From the human T2T-CHM13v2.0 reference genome, Homo sapiens: a DNA stretch of 64,000 nucleotides. The notes beneath the pieces were generated by a model that worked only from the letters and a program-made list of their open reading frames with translations, searched no databases and was not told the origin of the DNA. Where the stretch lies: assembly GCF_009914755.1 (NCBI RefSeq), contig NC_060942.1; one strand, written 5' to 3'. Positions 1 through 12,928 of this stretch are shown piece after piece (positions within the stretch are counted from its first letter, which is position 1; every line of letters begins with the position of its first letter). A program made the position numbers and the translations under genes.

Positions 1-275
1 TGACTAGCTGGTGCCAGCTGTTAGCAAAAGATCCCACCTCTCTGCTGGACCTGAACAGTACACTGACTGGCCAGAGCTGTCTGGTCAACCTTAGACATGC
101 CAAGCTGGCGGCTAAGTCCATCACTTGTGGCCAACATCTGTCTCAAAATAAATAAACAAAAAACCAACAGTAAATATTTAGCAATAACAAAGAAATAATA
201 ACAAACAATGTTAAAGACCAATAAATAAATAAGTGGGAATGAACAAAGGTAAAAAGTAATTAATATCACAAGATC

Positions 276-337
276 TTCTCTCTCTCTCTCTCTCTCTCTC
301 TCCCCCCCCTCCCTCTGTCTCTTCTCTCTCTCTCTCC
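276..337. repeat. (CT)n / polypyrimidine microsatellite
   Basis: Seen directly: TCTCTC run of about 60 nt interrupted by C-runs. Confidence 0.9.
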
Positions 338-432
338 AGCAGCCCACATTCATGAGAAGGGAGGTATTAGGCTGCCTCTTTTGAAGGGAGAGATATCAAA
401 GAATTTATGAGTTATATTTTAAAAACCTCCAA
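338..432 (-). mobile_element. MLT1 (ERVL-MaLR, MLT1E/F-like) LTR 5' end fragment
   Basis: cagcccacattca...tatcaaagaatttatgagttatattttaaaaacc resembles the reverse complement of the remembered MLT1E/F start (tgtggtggttttaaaatatgtccacaaattctttgata). Confidence 0.6.
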
Positions 433-697
433 ATGTGAACAACTATTTGACTGATTTGGTGAGCTCCTAATTCATTACTATGGCCACATAGGGGGAAAAA
501 AATGAGGCTGTGAGAGTTGCAATTTTGTAACAAAATGAGTTGCAGGATCCTCTAAGAAGATATGCCTATTTACTAAAGATTTTCATCAAAAAATAGTCAA
601 ATTATTACCTCATTTTTCCACTTGATTTTGTCTATGAGTACACATTATATGTATGGGGAAACTTTATTTCCAATGTGTCTCATATTTACTGCAGGTA

Positions 698-850
698 TCC
701 AGAAGAAACTCCTGAAGATGCTTGTTAAAAAATGGAAAGCCTGCGTTCCATCTCAGCCCTACTAAATTAGAATCTTGTGTATGAGATGCCAGGATCTTCA
801 TTTTTAACAAAGATCTAAGGGTGATTCCCATTCAGGTGGTCCATGAACTC
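698..850. mobile_element. MER5-like hAT-Charlie fragment
   Basis: gcttgttaaaaaatg...cctactaaattagaatct...catttttaacaa...ggtgattc follows the MER5A motif order. Confidence 0.6.
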
Positions 851-2256
851 TAACAGGCTCAGGAGAAAGAACCAGTAAAACAGCGTATTGCCTTTAGTGT
901 AGCCTCGCTAGGAAAGATGTCTGGATATAATTCCCCAATGTCAAAAACGGGTTTATGGAAATAGGGTTACAAATGATTTTTTCCAATGATATGAACTACA
1001 TCATCAAATAGAACTCCTGCAGGAAATTATAATGTTTTCCACAGCTCTGCCTTAGGCTAGAAACTAAGCAGGAAATATTGTTAGACTTAAATCATTAGAG
1101 AAACGTGAAAAAGTTTTAAAGTGAAGAATCGCATAATTTAAAATTGGGCTTCTGAGTTACAAAGCAGGAAAAGAAAAGAAAAGAAATCAAGTGTCGCTCA
1201 TCACCAGTTAAAAACAACCTTATGGAAAATGTTGCTTCATAACGACAAAAGGAAGGAGAAAGCCCTAATAGTGACTCTTTCCAGACAACCATAATGTTAG
1301 CAATTATCTTCTTCTGAAAATAAAGAAATAAACCATCATTTAACATTTATAAAACATCATAAAATAAATAAGTGCTCTAACATTATTAAACTTTAATTGC
1401 ATTGAAGCAACTTTCAATGCAAATTTTACATTACTTTTTAAGTAAATTTGCAGCTTCGTAAAAGATGGCTAACATGTCTATTTTTTTTCTCCATTCACAG
1501 CACGGGAGGAATACAGGGAACAATACATGGCATGGATATAAAGGAGTAACATATTTGTTTGTTGTTTTTGTTTGTTTAATGGACACCTTCTGTGTGTACA
1601 TACAAAAGGTATATAGCCTTTCGAGGTGCCTATTTTGTCAGGTCATAGACTTTCTGCAGAGATACCATTCATGTTCACAGGGATTATTTTCAAATCAGTT
1701 AATAAATTATGTATAAAAAATGTTATATGTGGCTGTAACTTGTATGTGGAAGGTATAAATATGTCTTCCAAATACAAAACCTATTGAGCGCAGGGGCCAG
1801 AATTTGAAGTCATAACTTCTGAGCCACAATGCCTATGCTATATTCATTATAGCACTCTTCTTCTACAATGAAACACTGAAAAATCAGTTTTGACCACAAG
1901 AGTCTTATTCATTTGAATTCTCATCTTTTTACCAAACTTTATGTGAAGGATTTATTTTCTATTTGCAATTAGCCTTTCCTTAGCTATAATTCTAAATCTT
2001 CCTTCCAATATAAATGTTATTTTACATTGAATATGTATTTCTTTCCACAGAAGAAAATATAAGTGGTTGTGGTCATGGTGGAAATCAGTTTTTAATCACT
2101 GATATATTTATGATGTACACTTTGCACACAGAAATGGAATCATAATGACACCTTGAGCTTTGTAAAGACATTTATAATTTATGACATAATTTATGTCATA
2201 TATATGTCAGACATTGTAAATGTCTTTACAAACTTTAAACTTTATAAATGTCTTCA

Positions 2257-2652
<396 letters not shown>

Positions 2653-2859
2653 TCAGAGGCAGTTCACGTCTAAGAAATCGAAAGCCCCATTTTCACCTCT
2701 TAAATGAGAAATGTCTCAGTTCATTTATCACTGTCTCCTTGAAAGGGAAATCTTTTCTTATGTTTCCATATCTACCAGCTATATATAGTACTTTTTAAAG
2801 AAATTAATGAATGATTAAATAACTGCTTACATTTTAATAGGTAATTTTCAATCTGCTTT

Positions 2860-3030
2860 CAGGTATTGCTTCATCAGAAATGATCCCAGAACCTAGTGGT
2901 TTAAAATAATAACTATTTTAGTGATACCTAACAAGTTTATGAGTCAAGCGTTTAGTCAGGGCTCAGCTGATGATTCTTCAGCTACATGTAGTGTCCACTA
3001 AAGGTCACATAGAGGTATTTGGTCATTTAT
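2860..3030 (-). mobile_element. Old MLT1 LTR fragment
   Basis: tattgct...cccagaacctagtggtttaaaataataactattt...cagggctcagctg is typical of the reversed MLT1G/H 3' end. Confidence 0.5.
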
Positions 3031-3040
3031 TTTCTCTAAT

Positions 3041-3372
3041 TGAGTGGGAGTCAAGTGGACAAACTGAGGTAGGTTAGATACAGTGGTCATAGCCTCCCTT
3101 AAAGGAGAACAGACTTGCTAAGTAGAGAGAACAAACCACCTGACAGTAAACAAACCAGATCCTGGGCTCATGGTTAGAACATCCTGCAGCAAGGAGGCAA
3201 AAGAGCTAAAGGGAAAATCCCCAAATTCATACAAACACAGAAACCCATGATTAGTGTCCTTGGGATAACCTCTGCTTATTATAATAGTAAAAAACACGCC
3301 CCTGGATGAAGATTTAAGATGCTAGTGGGACATGCGATGTATGTACTAGCATTCACAGCTACAGCGCATGAT
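3041..3372. mobile_element. ERV LTR fragment (subfamily uncertain)
   Basis: Contains gatttaagatgctagtgggacatgcgatgtatgtactagcat, which I recall from primate ERV LTRs; boundaries approximate. Confidence 0.45.
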
Positions 3373-5656
3373 GTAGTTCTGGACTACAAATTGGGGATTA
3401 TCACTTCTACTTCTGTCTTTGTGACCAGATCTCTGTATAATTGCTACCTATAATGGAGTCACATATAGATTAAATGGCCTATTTGAAAAGGAAAAGAGAG
3501 AAAGAAAATGTTATTTATATTTTATAAGTTGTTGTTAAGCTGTTTTGTAAGTTATAGGATATTAGTAAAAAAATACTTGGTCAATAGTATTTTACTGTTT
3601 TGATAGAAATATCTAGTTAATTTATCAAGTGACTATTAGCTCCTTCTCAAATCTCAAGAACAAAATATATTACTTTCAATTTTTTTCATTTTTGAATTAG
3701 AAGTCATGCAGTATACTGTCTATTCTAGAAAGTACAAAAAACGTGAGGTCCCGTCCTGCAAGAAACTATTCTTTTGTACCTGATTTTAAAATTAAATTGA
3801 ATTTTCATGTACATTGAAATGATAAAAATTATTTTCCTTATTGTCAGAGTTGAAAGCAGTACTTAGACACAAAAGTAATGCCTCAGTTTGAAGAAAGTAT
3901 TGACAAAATCTATTCCCAAGAGTACGGAATCAAAAACTTTGTTGAAAATAATGATTAATTTTTTAAATTGAAACTTGTTTCAGTGAAACTATTCTGAGAA
4001 GCAAGATAATAATTCTTAGTTGCATTAAATATATATTTTTTCTTATTCCACATCAACCTAGCCAAATAAGGGAAAAGTAATGAAGTAAAAATTTCTCTCT
4101 GGTATGTCTACATTAAAGAACACATAAAATGAGCAAAGATAAAATTGGTGGAGTGGAGAGGATTTATACAACATAAATTCCAAAGAAAGAATTTGCAACT
4201 TTATTCAGTAGGCAATATTGAATCATTGAAGAACACTAAGATGGGGAATGTCAAAATTATAGTCCTCTTAAAAGAAGATCGATCTTGACTATATGGAATG
4301 GTCAGAACAAAGAAAGACTAGAGAGAAGAAAGATCCCTTAGGGAGCAAAGGAACTAGTGTATTCCAGATGGGAAAAAGGGCCTAGAATGTGCAAGTAGCA
4401 GTAAAAAAAGAAAGGACAAAATTGATGTTAATGACTTACATCAGGGAAAATTCTTAAAGGCTTAGAGATTAATTGGATGTGGTAGGTAAAATAGGTAATT
4501 CAAAGATGGCAGTCAAATAACAGGTCTGGACAACAAAGAATGAAATTACCATTAAGAACTCAGCAAGTCAAATGCTGGATCTGATTTGGAAAAGTAGAGC
4601 AACTTCTTTGTTATAAATAGGCTGAGTTGAAGTGATCAGTGAGTAGGAAGCCCGGATGAAATAAGTCCAGTGACAGGAGGAAATGTGTGAGACAGAAAGG
4701 AACAAACGTTGGTGTAGACTCTGCAAGCATAGATGAATTTATTTAGCACCGAGTGCTGGATAGGTTGCAGGCATGGATCTAAGCACAGAGATGCTTGTTG
4801 GAACAAAACAGATGCAGTGTTCCTTTTCTGGTCCTAACATTTTAATGGGAGAGGAAAAAGAGGAAATGTGCATAAATAAAGGAGAGAGTTTCAAATGGTG
4901 GTATGGACTGAGAAAAAGAAATTAAAGATTGATTTAAAAATATTACTGGCAGGGGATACTAATTTAGAGTAGATGGTCCATCTAGGCCTCGTTGAAAAAT
5001 TGTATTTCACATAAGACCTGAATAAAATAAGAGACAAGAGAAGACCAGAAGGAAAAGTGACCTGGCAAAGGCATCTTCAAGGGCAAATGTCTTCAGGGAA
5101 GAAAATAAAGGCTGATGTACCTGAAGCACAGAGAATAAAGCAAAGTTTGTAGGTGATGAGGTCAGGACAGATAGGCATGGGTCATACTAGCCTTGTTGAT
5201 TCTGGTAAAGAGCATGGACTTTATTCTAAGTGCAACAAAAGATACTGGATTGTTTAAGCAATACGTGCCATGTTATAGTTAGGTTTTTGAAAGCCTCTCT
5301 GCCTATCAAGTGTAGAATGGATTTAATGGGGCAAGAGTTGAAGCAGGTAGACCAGTTGCAAAATTGTTGTAGTAACACAAGTGAGAGATGATGATCAGAA
5401 CTAGCATAATAGCGGCAAAGATAGGACAAGGGGAGAGATGGGGGAAAAATGGAAATATATGTTGGATATAGAATTGTTTTTATATAATTGAATATGTGTG
5501 ATTAAGAAGAGTGAAGTTTTAAATGCAGTTCCCAAGTTTGCTTCAGGGCAAGATGATAGGGAAAAAACAAAATATCTGTCATGGCTCTGTTAAGTTGGTA
5601 ATAAGAGAACACTATTTAGGGAGAGAGTGGATGGAGCCAAGTAAAGACAGCAGTTA

Positions 5657-5660
<4 letters not shown>

Positions 5661-5712
<52 letters not shown>
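5661..5712. repeat. (AC)20(AT)n microsatellite
   Basis: Seen directly. Confidence 0.97.
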
Positions 5713-6185
5713 GCATATATAATGGATAAAATTGAATTTTCATGTACATATTAATTAATTTCATGTACATATATTAATCCTGACCAGAGATGTAAAATTG
5801 GGAGTCATCAGCAAATAGAAGATGTTTAAGTTGTTGGGACTGTATGTGATCACGTAGGTGGCAAGCATACCTAGAGATGAAGAGTCTGGCACCAAGCCCT
5901 GCATCATCTTAATATTTGGAAGCTGAACAAAGTGGAGGAGGAACAAGTAAATAAATTTTAAGGAGGGCTCACTGAGGTGGGAGAAAAACCAGAAAAGAAT
6001 ATGATTACTGAATGAAAAAGAAGGTCCCAAGAAGAATAAAGATGTGCAATTTGTGAGCTGTACCTGAGAGATGGAATAAAATGAAGACAGAACTAATTTT
6101 TGAGTTGGGTGATATAGAAGTCACAATGAGTTAATAAAAGTAGTTTCATCAGAGTGGTAGGAACAGAAGCATAAGTAGATTAGGG

Positions 6186-6402
6186 CAATGATCCACAGAC
6201 CAGATATGTTTTGGGGTCCAGGAAACATTTGGCAGTATCTGGAGACATTTTTAGTTGTCACATTTGGGAGCTGGGGGGAGAGGTGCTACTAGCATCTACT
6301 GGGTAGAGGCCAGAGATTCTGAAAGGATTCTACAGTACACAGTACAGGCCCCATGACAAAAAATTACCCAGCCCAAAAGTGTGCCAAGGTGGAGAAACCC
6401 TG
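6186..6402 (+). mobile_element. MER20 (hAT-Charlie)
   Basis: acatttggcagtatctggagacattttt...gtgctactagcatctactgggtagaggccag...gtgccaaggtggagaaaccctg matches the MER20 consensus. Confidence 0.9.
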
Positions 6403-6814
6403 AATTAAGATAAGGACAAAGGGAGATGCAAAGCAATGTGAAGAAATGTAGACGGTGTTACTGAAAATCTCTTGACAAGTTTTGCTAAAATAAGAAGCAG
6501 AGGAATGTGGTGATAGTTGAAGGAAGGCATGGGATCAGGGAATTTTTTTGGTAGGAGGTTGTTTGTTTTGTACTTTTGAATCTTTCTTTTATGGGACATA
6601 CCAATGGCAGTGATCCTTTAGAGATGTTAATCATGTAATAGAAAGAAGTCATAATTGGAGGAGAAAAGTCATTTAAATGTCAGCAGGTTTCAACCACCTC
6701 TAAAGTCTGACCTTTGTCAGGAGCAAGGGCACTTTTTGTTTCATAGCAAGAGGAGGAACTGATACAGAAAGATGTGAGAGGGTGGTGTGTTGGTGATGGG
6801 ATAATAAGAGATAG

Positions 6815-7350
6815 AAGTGCCTCAAATTTGACATGAATAAAAATGAACTATTACCTTTCTACCACACACACACATGCTCTTCTCCATTTGTCTGGAAAAA
6901 TTGTGTTACTTAGTTGCTCAAGTAAAAAAAATATGGGATTTATCTTTCACTCATCCTCCACTTTCCACATTCAGTCACTGATCCCTTCATCTTCTGCATT
7001 AGAAATAACCTCATATCTATTTCCATGTCTCCTTTCTCACTGTTATCTTAGTTCAAATCTTCATCTGTTCCTTTTCTGTAAACTTGCTACAATTCTGACC
7101 TGATAACTCTCTAGTGTCATCTATATTAATATACTGGTCAGAGGGCTGTATCATTTCTATACTACAAACCTAATCCTACCACCATTTGTTTAAAATCCCT
7201 TCATGCATCCCCATTTTCTTAAGATGAAGTTCAAAATATTAACCAGAAACGCAAAGCTTTTCACAATTTGATGTCTATACCACTTTCCAGCAACAATTCC
7301 CTTGCTCTCTGCCATGGTCAAGCTGAACCAACGATCTGATTTTCCTAGAA
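6815..7350 (+). mobile_element. L2 fragment
   Basis: cctcaaatttgacatg...agttgctcaag...tttaaaatcccttcatgcatccccatt matches the L2 3' region. Confidence 0.65.
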
Positions 7351-7374
7351 AGCTCTATGTTGCCTGTGTACCTA

Positions 7375-8090
7375 CTTATATGAGGTCCCTGTTGCATTGT
7401 GAAAGTGGAACTCAATAGAACACTGCAGAAAAAGGTCAAATCTTAGGATGCAGAAGAATGATATTGAAGTGAGAACATGTAGACATAGAGCAATTATTTC
7501 AGGAAATGTGTTCAGGAAAGGAAAAGGAGGAACAGAATAGCATTGTGAGAGAAGGGGCAATGGTCAAGTTCTAGGTCTACAGTTGTTTTTCTAATGCTCT
7601 GTTGTGTTTTGCCTTGGTTTGGCTTGGAGAAATGAATCTGAGCATTTTTACAGGCATAGAAAAAAATATCTGATGTCTGGGGATAGGTGAGGATTGATTA
7701 TGAAGATGAGAATATAATTGATTAACCAGTCCTGGAAAGATAAAACAGGATGAGATCAAGACTACAGGTGGAAAGGTTAATTCATCTTAGAAAGAAAAAG
7801 GATTTAGTTTTCCTTAGAGATAAAATAAAAGAAATAATCATGAAAGGAGAAGATTAGAAATGTTGGTGTAGAAGTGAAGATGCTTTTATATAAAAGTTTT
7901 GCAGAGGAGTAAAACTGAGGAATTTCATGTTTACTTTCTTCAATTTTCTCAGTAAAGTGTTAGCCAGGGAATACTCCTAAAGGTGAGAGGAGCAGGAGTG
8001 AAATTATTGTTCAAGGAAATTGTAAGTTTTGGAAAAGAAAGAGGAGTAAATGAAATGTGGACTCCAGAGGAGATGACTCAAAATATTGCT
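7375..8090 (-). mobile_element. L2 fragment (old)
   Basis: Degenerate purine-rich L2-like sequence that continues the upstream reversed L2. Confidence 0.5.
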
Positions 8091-8199
8091 AAATGGCAGT
8101 GAAGCAGGGAAGAGCACAAGCTTTGATCCAGCCAGTAGTGATGAATGGGCACATGGAATGTGCCAGGCTTCAGACAGCACACCTGTGTTCTTGCTGTTG

Positions 8200-8350
8200 T
8201 TGTTTGATATTTGATGCTGACTCTATTTATATTAATTTTGTAATCCTTTGTCAATTTCCATTGTCTGCAAAATGGGGATAACCATGCCTTACCCAAAGAG
8301 AGGTTGTGACACTTTGTGAAACGTGTAATGATTTCTAATAATTGAGTGGC
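8200..8350 (+). mobile_element. MIR fragment
   Basis: MIR core motif tctgcaaaatggggataa...gaggttgtg. Confidence 0.6.
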
Positions 8351-9417
8351 TTCAGTAAAGGCAAGCTCTTATACCTGAGTTCAGAGCCTGAGATGACTTC
8401 TCTCTGTCGGCACAGTTTTCTGATTTTCCTTGACAGCTACGAGTCTCCTAGAAGCAGGAGCAGAAGCAATGGTAGAGAAAATGAACAACGGTGATGACAC
8501 AAAGCTTGGAATGTGCTTCCTGGGTACCGAGGGAGCACATTTGCTCTTTTGTGCACAAAAGAGCAAATTCTCCATTATGGAGAAGTGAATGGAGACGTTT
8601 GAATGTAACATAGTCCCTGGCTCCACATATCATATACCTCAGAGTTTCATTCCAGAAAGTTATGGCTAATTAGCCTTGGCTATACACCAGCATCTAAGAG
8701 ACGAAGGTCTGAAAGAGACACTCATTCTGATCCTGACCTTGAAGTGAACAATCACTCAACACTTTAAAGTGTCATATGGCTGTCAGCACTTCTCATTTTG
8801 TGACCTAGGTACACCTGACTTGAATTTTTGTTTTCAATTCCAGGTTCTATTAAAATTCAAAAAGTCTACAAAGGTCTTAGGCACACATTTTCATAGCCCA
8901 CTTTGTCTACCAGATTTCTGCTTCTGTGCAAGTTATCTTAGAGATCACCATTGTCTCTCCAGATGTGAAACCCAGAAGAATCTTTGGAATGACCCCAAGA
9001 TTCACTCCCATGATATATTTATAAGCAAAGTAAATTTCACCATGGAGGAGGGAGGAGTGCTTTATACTGCAGAAAGGCAGACCCTTCAACACACCTTGAT
9101 CAGCATCATTCTGCATTGCCCTTTAGCCAACCCATAACCTCAAAGCTTACCAATCTTCCATCACTTGAGCTTCACTTCATTTATGATCGCCTCTCTTTCC
9201 TCTCCCTTGTCTTATCACTTCTTGTTCCTCTCTTCTTCCTCTTTGGAGCAAAAACTACAAATTCCCAATCTCTCACTTTATCATTTGTGGAGCTGTTTTC
9301 CCTGCCTATGGCATGTTGGTATCTGAAAACGTTCATGCCTCCTTGCCCATCTACCCTAAGAGTTCATACAAAGGTGTTTTCCAAATAAAGGCCCATCTCT
9401 TCCCAAATGGTGTCTAG

Positions 9418-9753
<336 letters not shown>

Positions 9754-9805
9754 TTATTAAATGGTTGAGATTCCACTTTCTCTGGGGAAGTCAGTATTTC
9801 ATTTA

Positions 9806-10000
9806 AGAATGAATGCATCTGGAGTCCATGAGACCTAGTTCAGTGCCACTCCTAGCTACGAACAAGTTGTTTTTCCTCTGTGAACTCAAATGTAAAAATG
9901 TCCACTCTCAAATGTTCTGGTAATCAAACAAGAGATGCCTTTACAGTGTTTAGTACTGTATGTAGTACATAAAATCTGCATTATAAACAGTGGGTGCTGT
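9806..10000 (+). mobile_element. MIR fragment
   Basis: ctggagtc..gacctagttc...aacaagtt...ctctgtgaactc..tgtaaaaatg. Confidence 0.55.
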
Positions 10001-10928
10001 TTCATTAATTTATCTGGACTGAGAGGGATGAATTTGGAGACAACTCCAGACCGCAACCATATATCCCTTTTTGGTATATTCTTACAGTTTATGAATGTGT
10101 TTTATTAGTTACATCAAAGGAAAAGTTACATCAAAAATGTGTTTTATTAGTTACATTCTGAAAAGAATTAGCACAGATCCAAGATTTAACCCCAAGTTCT
10201 GGCCTTTGCATCCCTCTGATGGTAGTTTCTAAATAGAATGAACTTTCCAAGTGACTATATTCTGACATGACTTATTATACAAGGCTCATAACCAGTATAT
10301 AAATGAAAAACACAGAATTCCTATTTCTTTCTCAGCTATGCCACAGTGCTCAAGCATGAGACTACTGAGCTCCAGTTACGCTGCGGGAAAAGGATGCAAA
10401 TGTACGTCCAGAGTCCATTAAAGTTATAAGAAAAAAAATTCTTTTGAGAAAATACTGTTTAGAATTTCCAAGTAATTTCTTGTAATTGTAAATAATATAT
10501 GTTTTATAGGTAAAAAGAATCTGTTCATTTTTCCAAGAAGGAGTGTTTTTCTAAGATAAGCAAGTAGAATATTGAAATTTCATTAGATGCTGGTGCTGTA
10601 GCATGGCTCATGGGGCTACATACCATGGTTAACAAAAAGGATGATGAATATATCTGAAAGTAAATATTTCAGAAAATTCACTTTAATTCCATCAGAAAAT
10701 ATGAATAATATGTTTTGAGATGGAGAAAGAGAAAGATACACTTACAGGGGAAGTGTAGTTCTTCCATTAATACCAGCATTATCATAGTTAAAATGTTTTA
10801 GCAATTTTCATAAATCAGACATTTTACTTAAAGATATTTATGATTATTTCAATTAATTGTTGCAGAAATCCCATTTTAAAAACAAAAAAATGAGCTTCAG
10901 GATTTTTAAATTAATAACTTCACACTAC

Positions 10929-11287
10929 TGTCTTAGTTTGGATGGGATGTTATAACAAAGTACCATAAACTAGGTAGCTTATAAACAACAGAAATTTTTC
11001 GCACAGTTCTGGAGGCTGGGAAGTTCAAGATCAAGGTGCCAGCAGATTTGGTGTCTGGTAAGAGTCTGCTTTCTGCTTCATAGATGACATCTTCTACCTG
11101 TGTCCTCAATGATGGAGGGGAGAACTCTGACCTCTTCAGCCCTATATAAGGTACTAATCTCATGCATGAAAGCTCTACCTTCATGACCTAATCACTTCCC
11201 AAACGACCTACTTCCCGATACCCTAAAACTGGGGATTCGATTTTAACATATGAATTCTGGGGGGACACAAGCATTTGGTCTATAGCA
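10929..11287 (-). mobile_element. MLT1A/MLT1A0 solo LTR
   Basis: TG...CA termini, 359 bp; cacagttctggaggctgggaagttcaagatcaaggtgccagcag and aacatatgaattctgggggg. Confidence 0.9.
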
Positions 11288-12669
11288 GTCACACCTCCAG
11301 CAAATGGCAGGGTCACACAGATCTTGGACAAGATATCATCCTGCCTTCCAGAACAAATATCCAAACGTTTCTCCTGAGGCACAACCACATTGGAACATCA
11401 ATGAAAACTTTGGATGAGCCAAGTCACATTAACTACTTCTCCTCTATAGAAAACACATTTCTCTATTAGATTTAACTTGAAGAGAGATAACAGTTGCAAT
11501 GTTAAGTTGAAATTTTGATTCAGGGGTCTCAGATTTCTATAATTTAAACTAATGAACTATCTAGGTGCCTTAGCAATAGAGCAGAAGAAAGCAAGAAGTA
11601 GAAATGAATAAGACAAAACAATATATTTGCAAGTGATTGGCTTTGTTAGACTTTGATTGTGACTGATAATTTGAATTTCATTTTTAATGTTGATGTATAG
11701 CCCGTTTATCACAAATCATTGTAGATAGTTACATACAATGAATTTTTTTTTTTCATTTGGGTAAAATCTATCTTGTTGCTATGGTGATAGCTATTATAAA
11801 ATGAGTAAGATAAAATTAAGACCACTACATTCCCAGAGTAAAATCAATCAGGTGATACTGGAAAAGTCGGCATTTGTCATTTTGTATATTATTAGCTCTG
11901 AAATAAAATTGTGTTTTCTCTAAAAAGCAGATATTTCCAGTTTTACATTAATGTCTCTGAAAGCAGTGAAAAGAAGTGCTAACATGGAATGGTTGCATGA
12001 GCAAAACCTGAATTATATAAGAAGTTTTATATTCGGGTTAAGAGTATATAAAAAACATATTGTTTTTGGTTCAGAGGTTAAAATTAAATATTTTGAAAAG
12101 GCAAGCCCTGAGTCATGCATGTTGGACTAATGTGCAGTTTTCTTCTTTTTGTTCATCTGCACTCAGCAAAAGAAATTAGGTAATGCTTTCTTCTTTTTTT
12201 TAACCGACTCAATTGCTACTTCGTATTTGGCAGATAATGGAGAATAGATAAATCTCCATGACAATTTTGTTTGTTTGTTTGTATTTACAAATTCATCCTT
12301 CCCAAGTTCCAAAATAAGTGTTTTCGGATGGATGACAACATATTGAATATGATTTTTGAGAATTTGAGAAAATATCCTAGGACTCATGTGCTTTCACTAC
12401 CTTTTATTTACATCAAACAAGGCTAGGCATCCCTCTTTCTGGAATAGAGAAGCTTGAAGAACAGAGTCCATAAAGTTTAATCTGCTCTCTTACATTGTAA
12501 GAAGTTTGTAAGTCGATTCCTTACTAGATGTCGGATTGAAGATAAATTATTTAATTTTGAAGAATGTAATACAAAGAAGGCAATTCGCCTTGACAATTCG
12601 TAGGCAAAATAAAGCACACTATTCATTTGCTGTTCTAATAAAACAGTATCCGGTTTTAAAAATAAAAAG

Positions 12670-12928
<259 letters not shown>

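Larger units (their letters stand above)
4150..6800 (-). mobile_element. L2 LINE relics, interrupted by (CA)n and MER20
   Basis: Purine-rich segments matching reversed L2 (atttatttagcacc...gaacaaaacaga; gaagcaggtagaccagtt; ttgggagtcatcagca). Confidence 0.75.

Noticed and set aside
1397-1422. 10-bp inverted repeat ttgcattgaa / ttcaatgcaa with a 6-nt loop
   Set aside because: About one such hairpin is expected by chance in 64 kb of AT-rich DNA.
8381-8633. Overlapping ORFs, with the peptide LLFCAQKSK readable on both strands
   Set aside because: An artefact of the 30-bp palindrome; no homology recognised.
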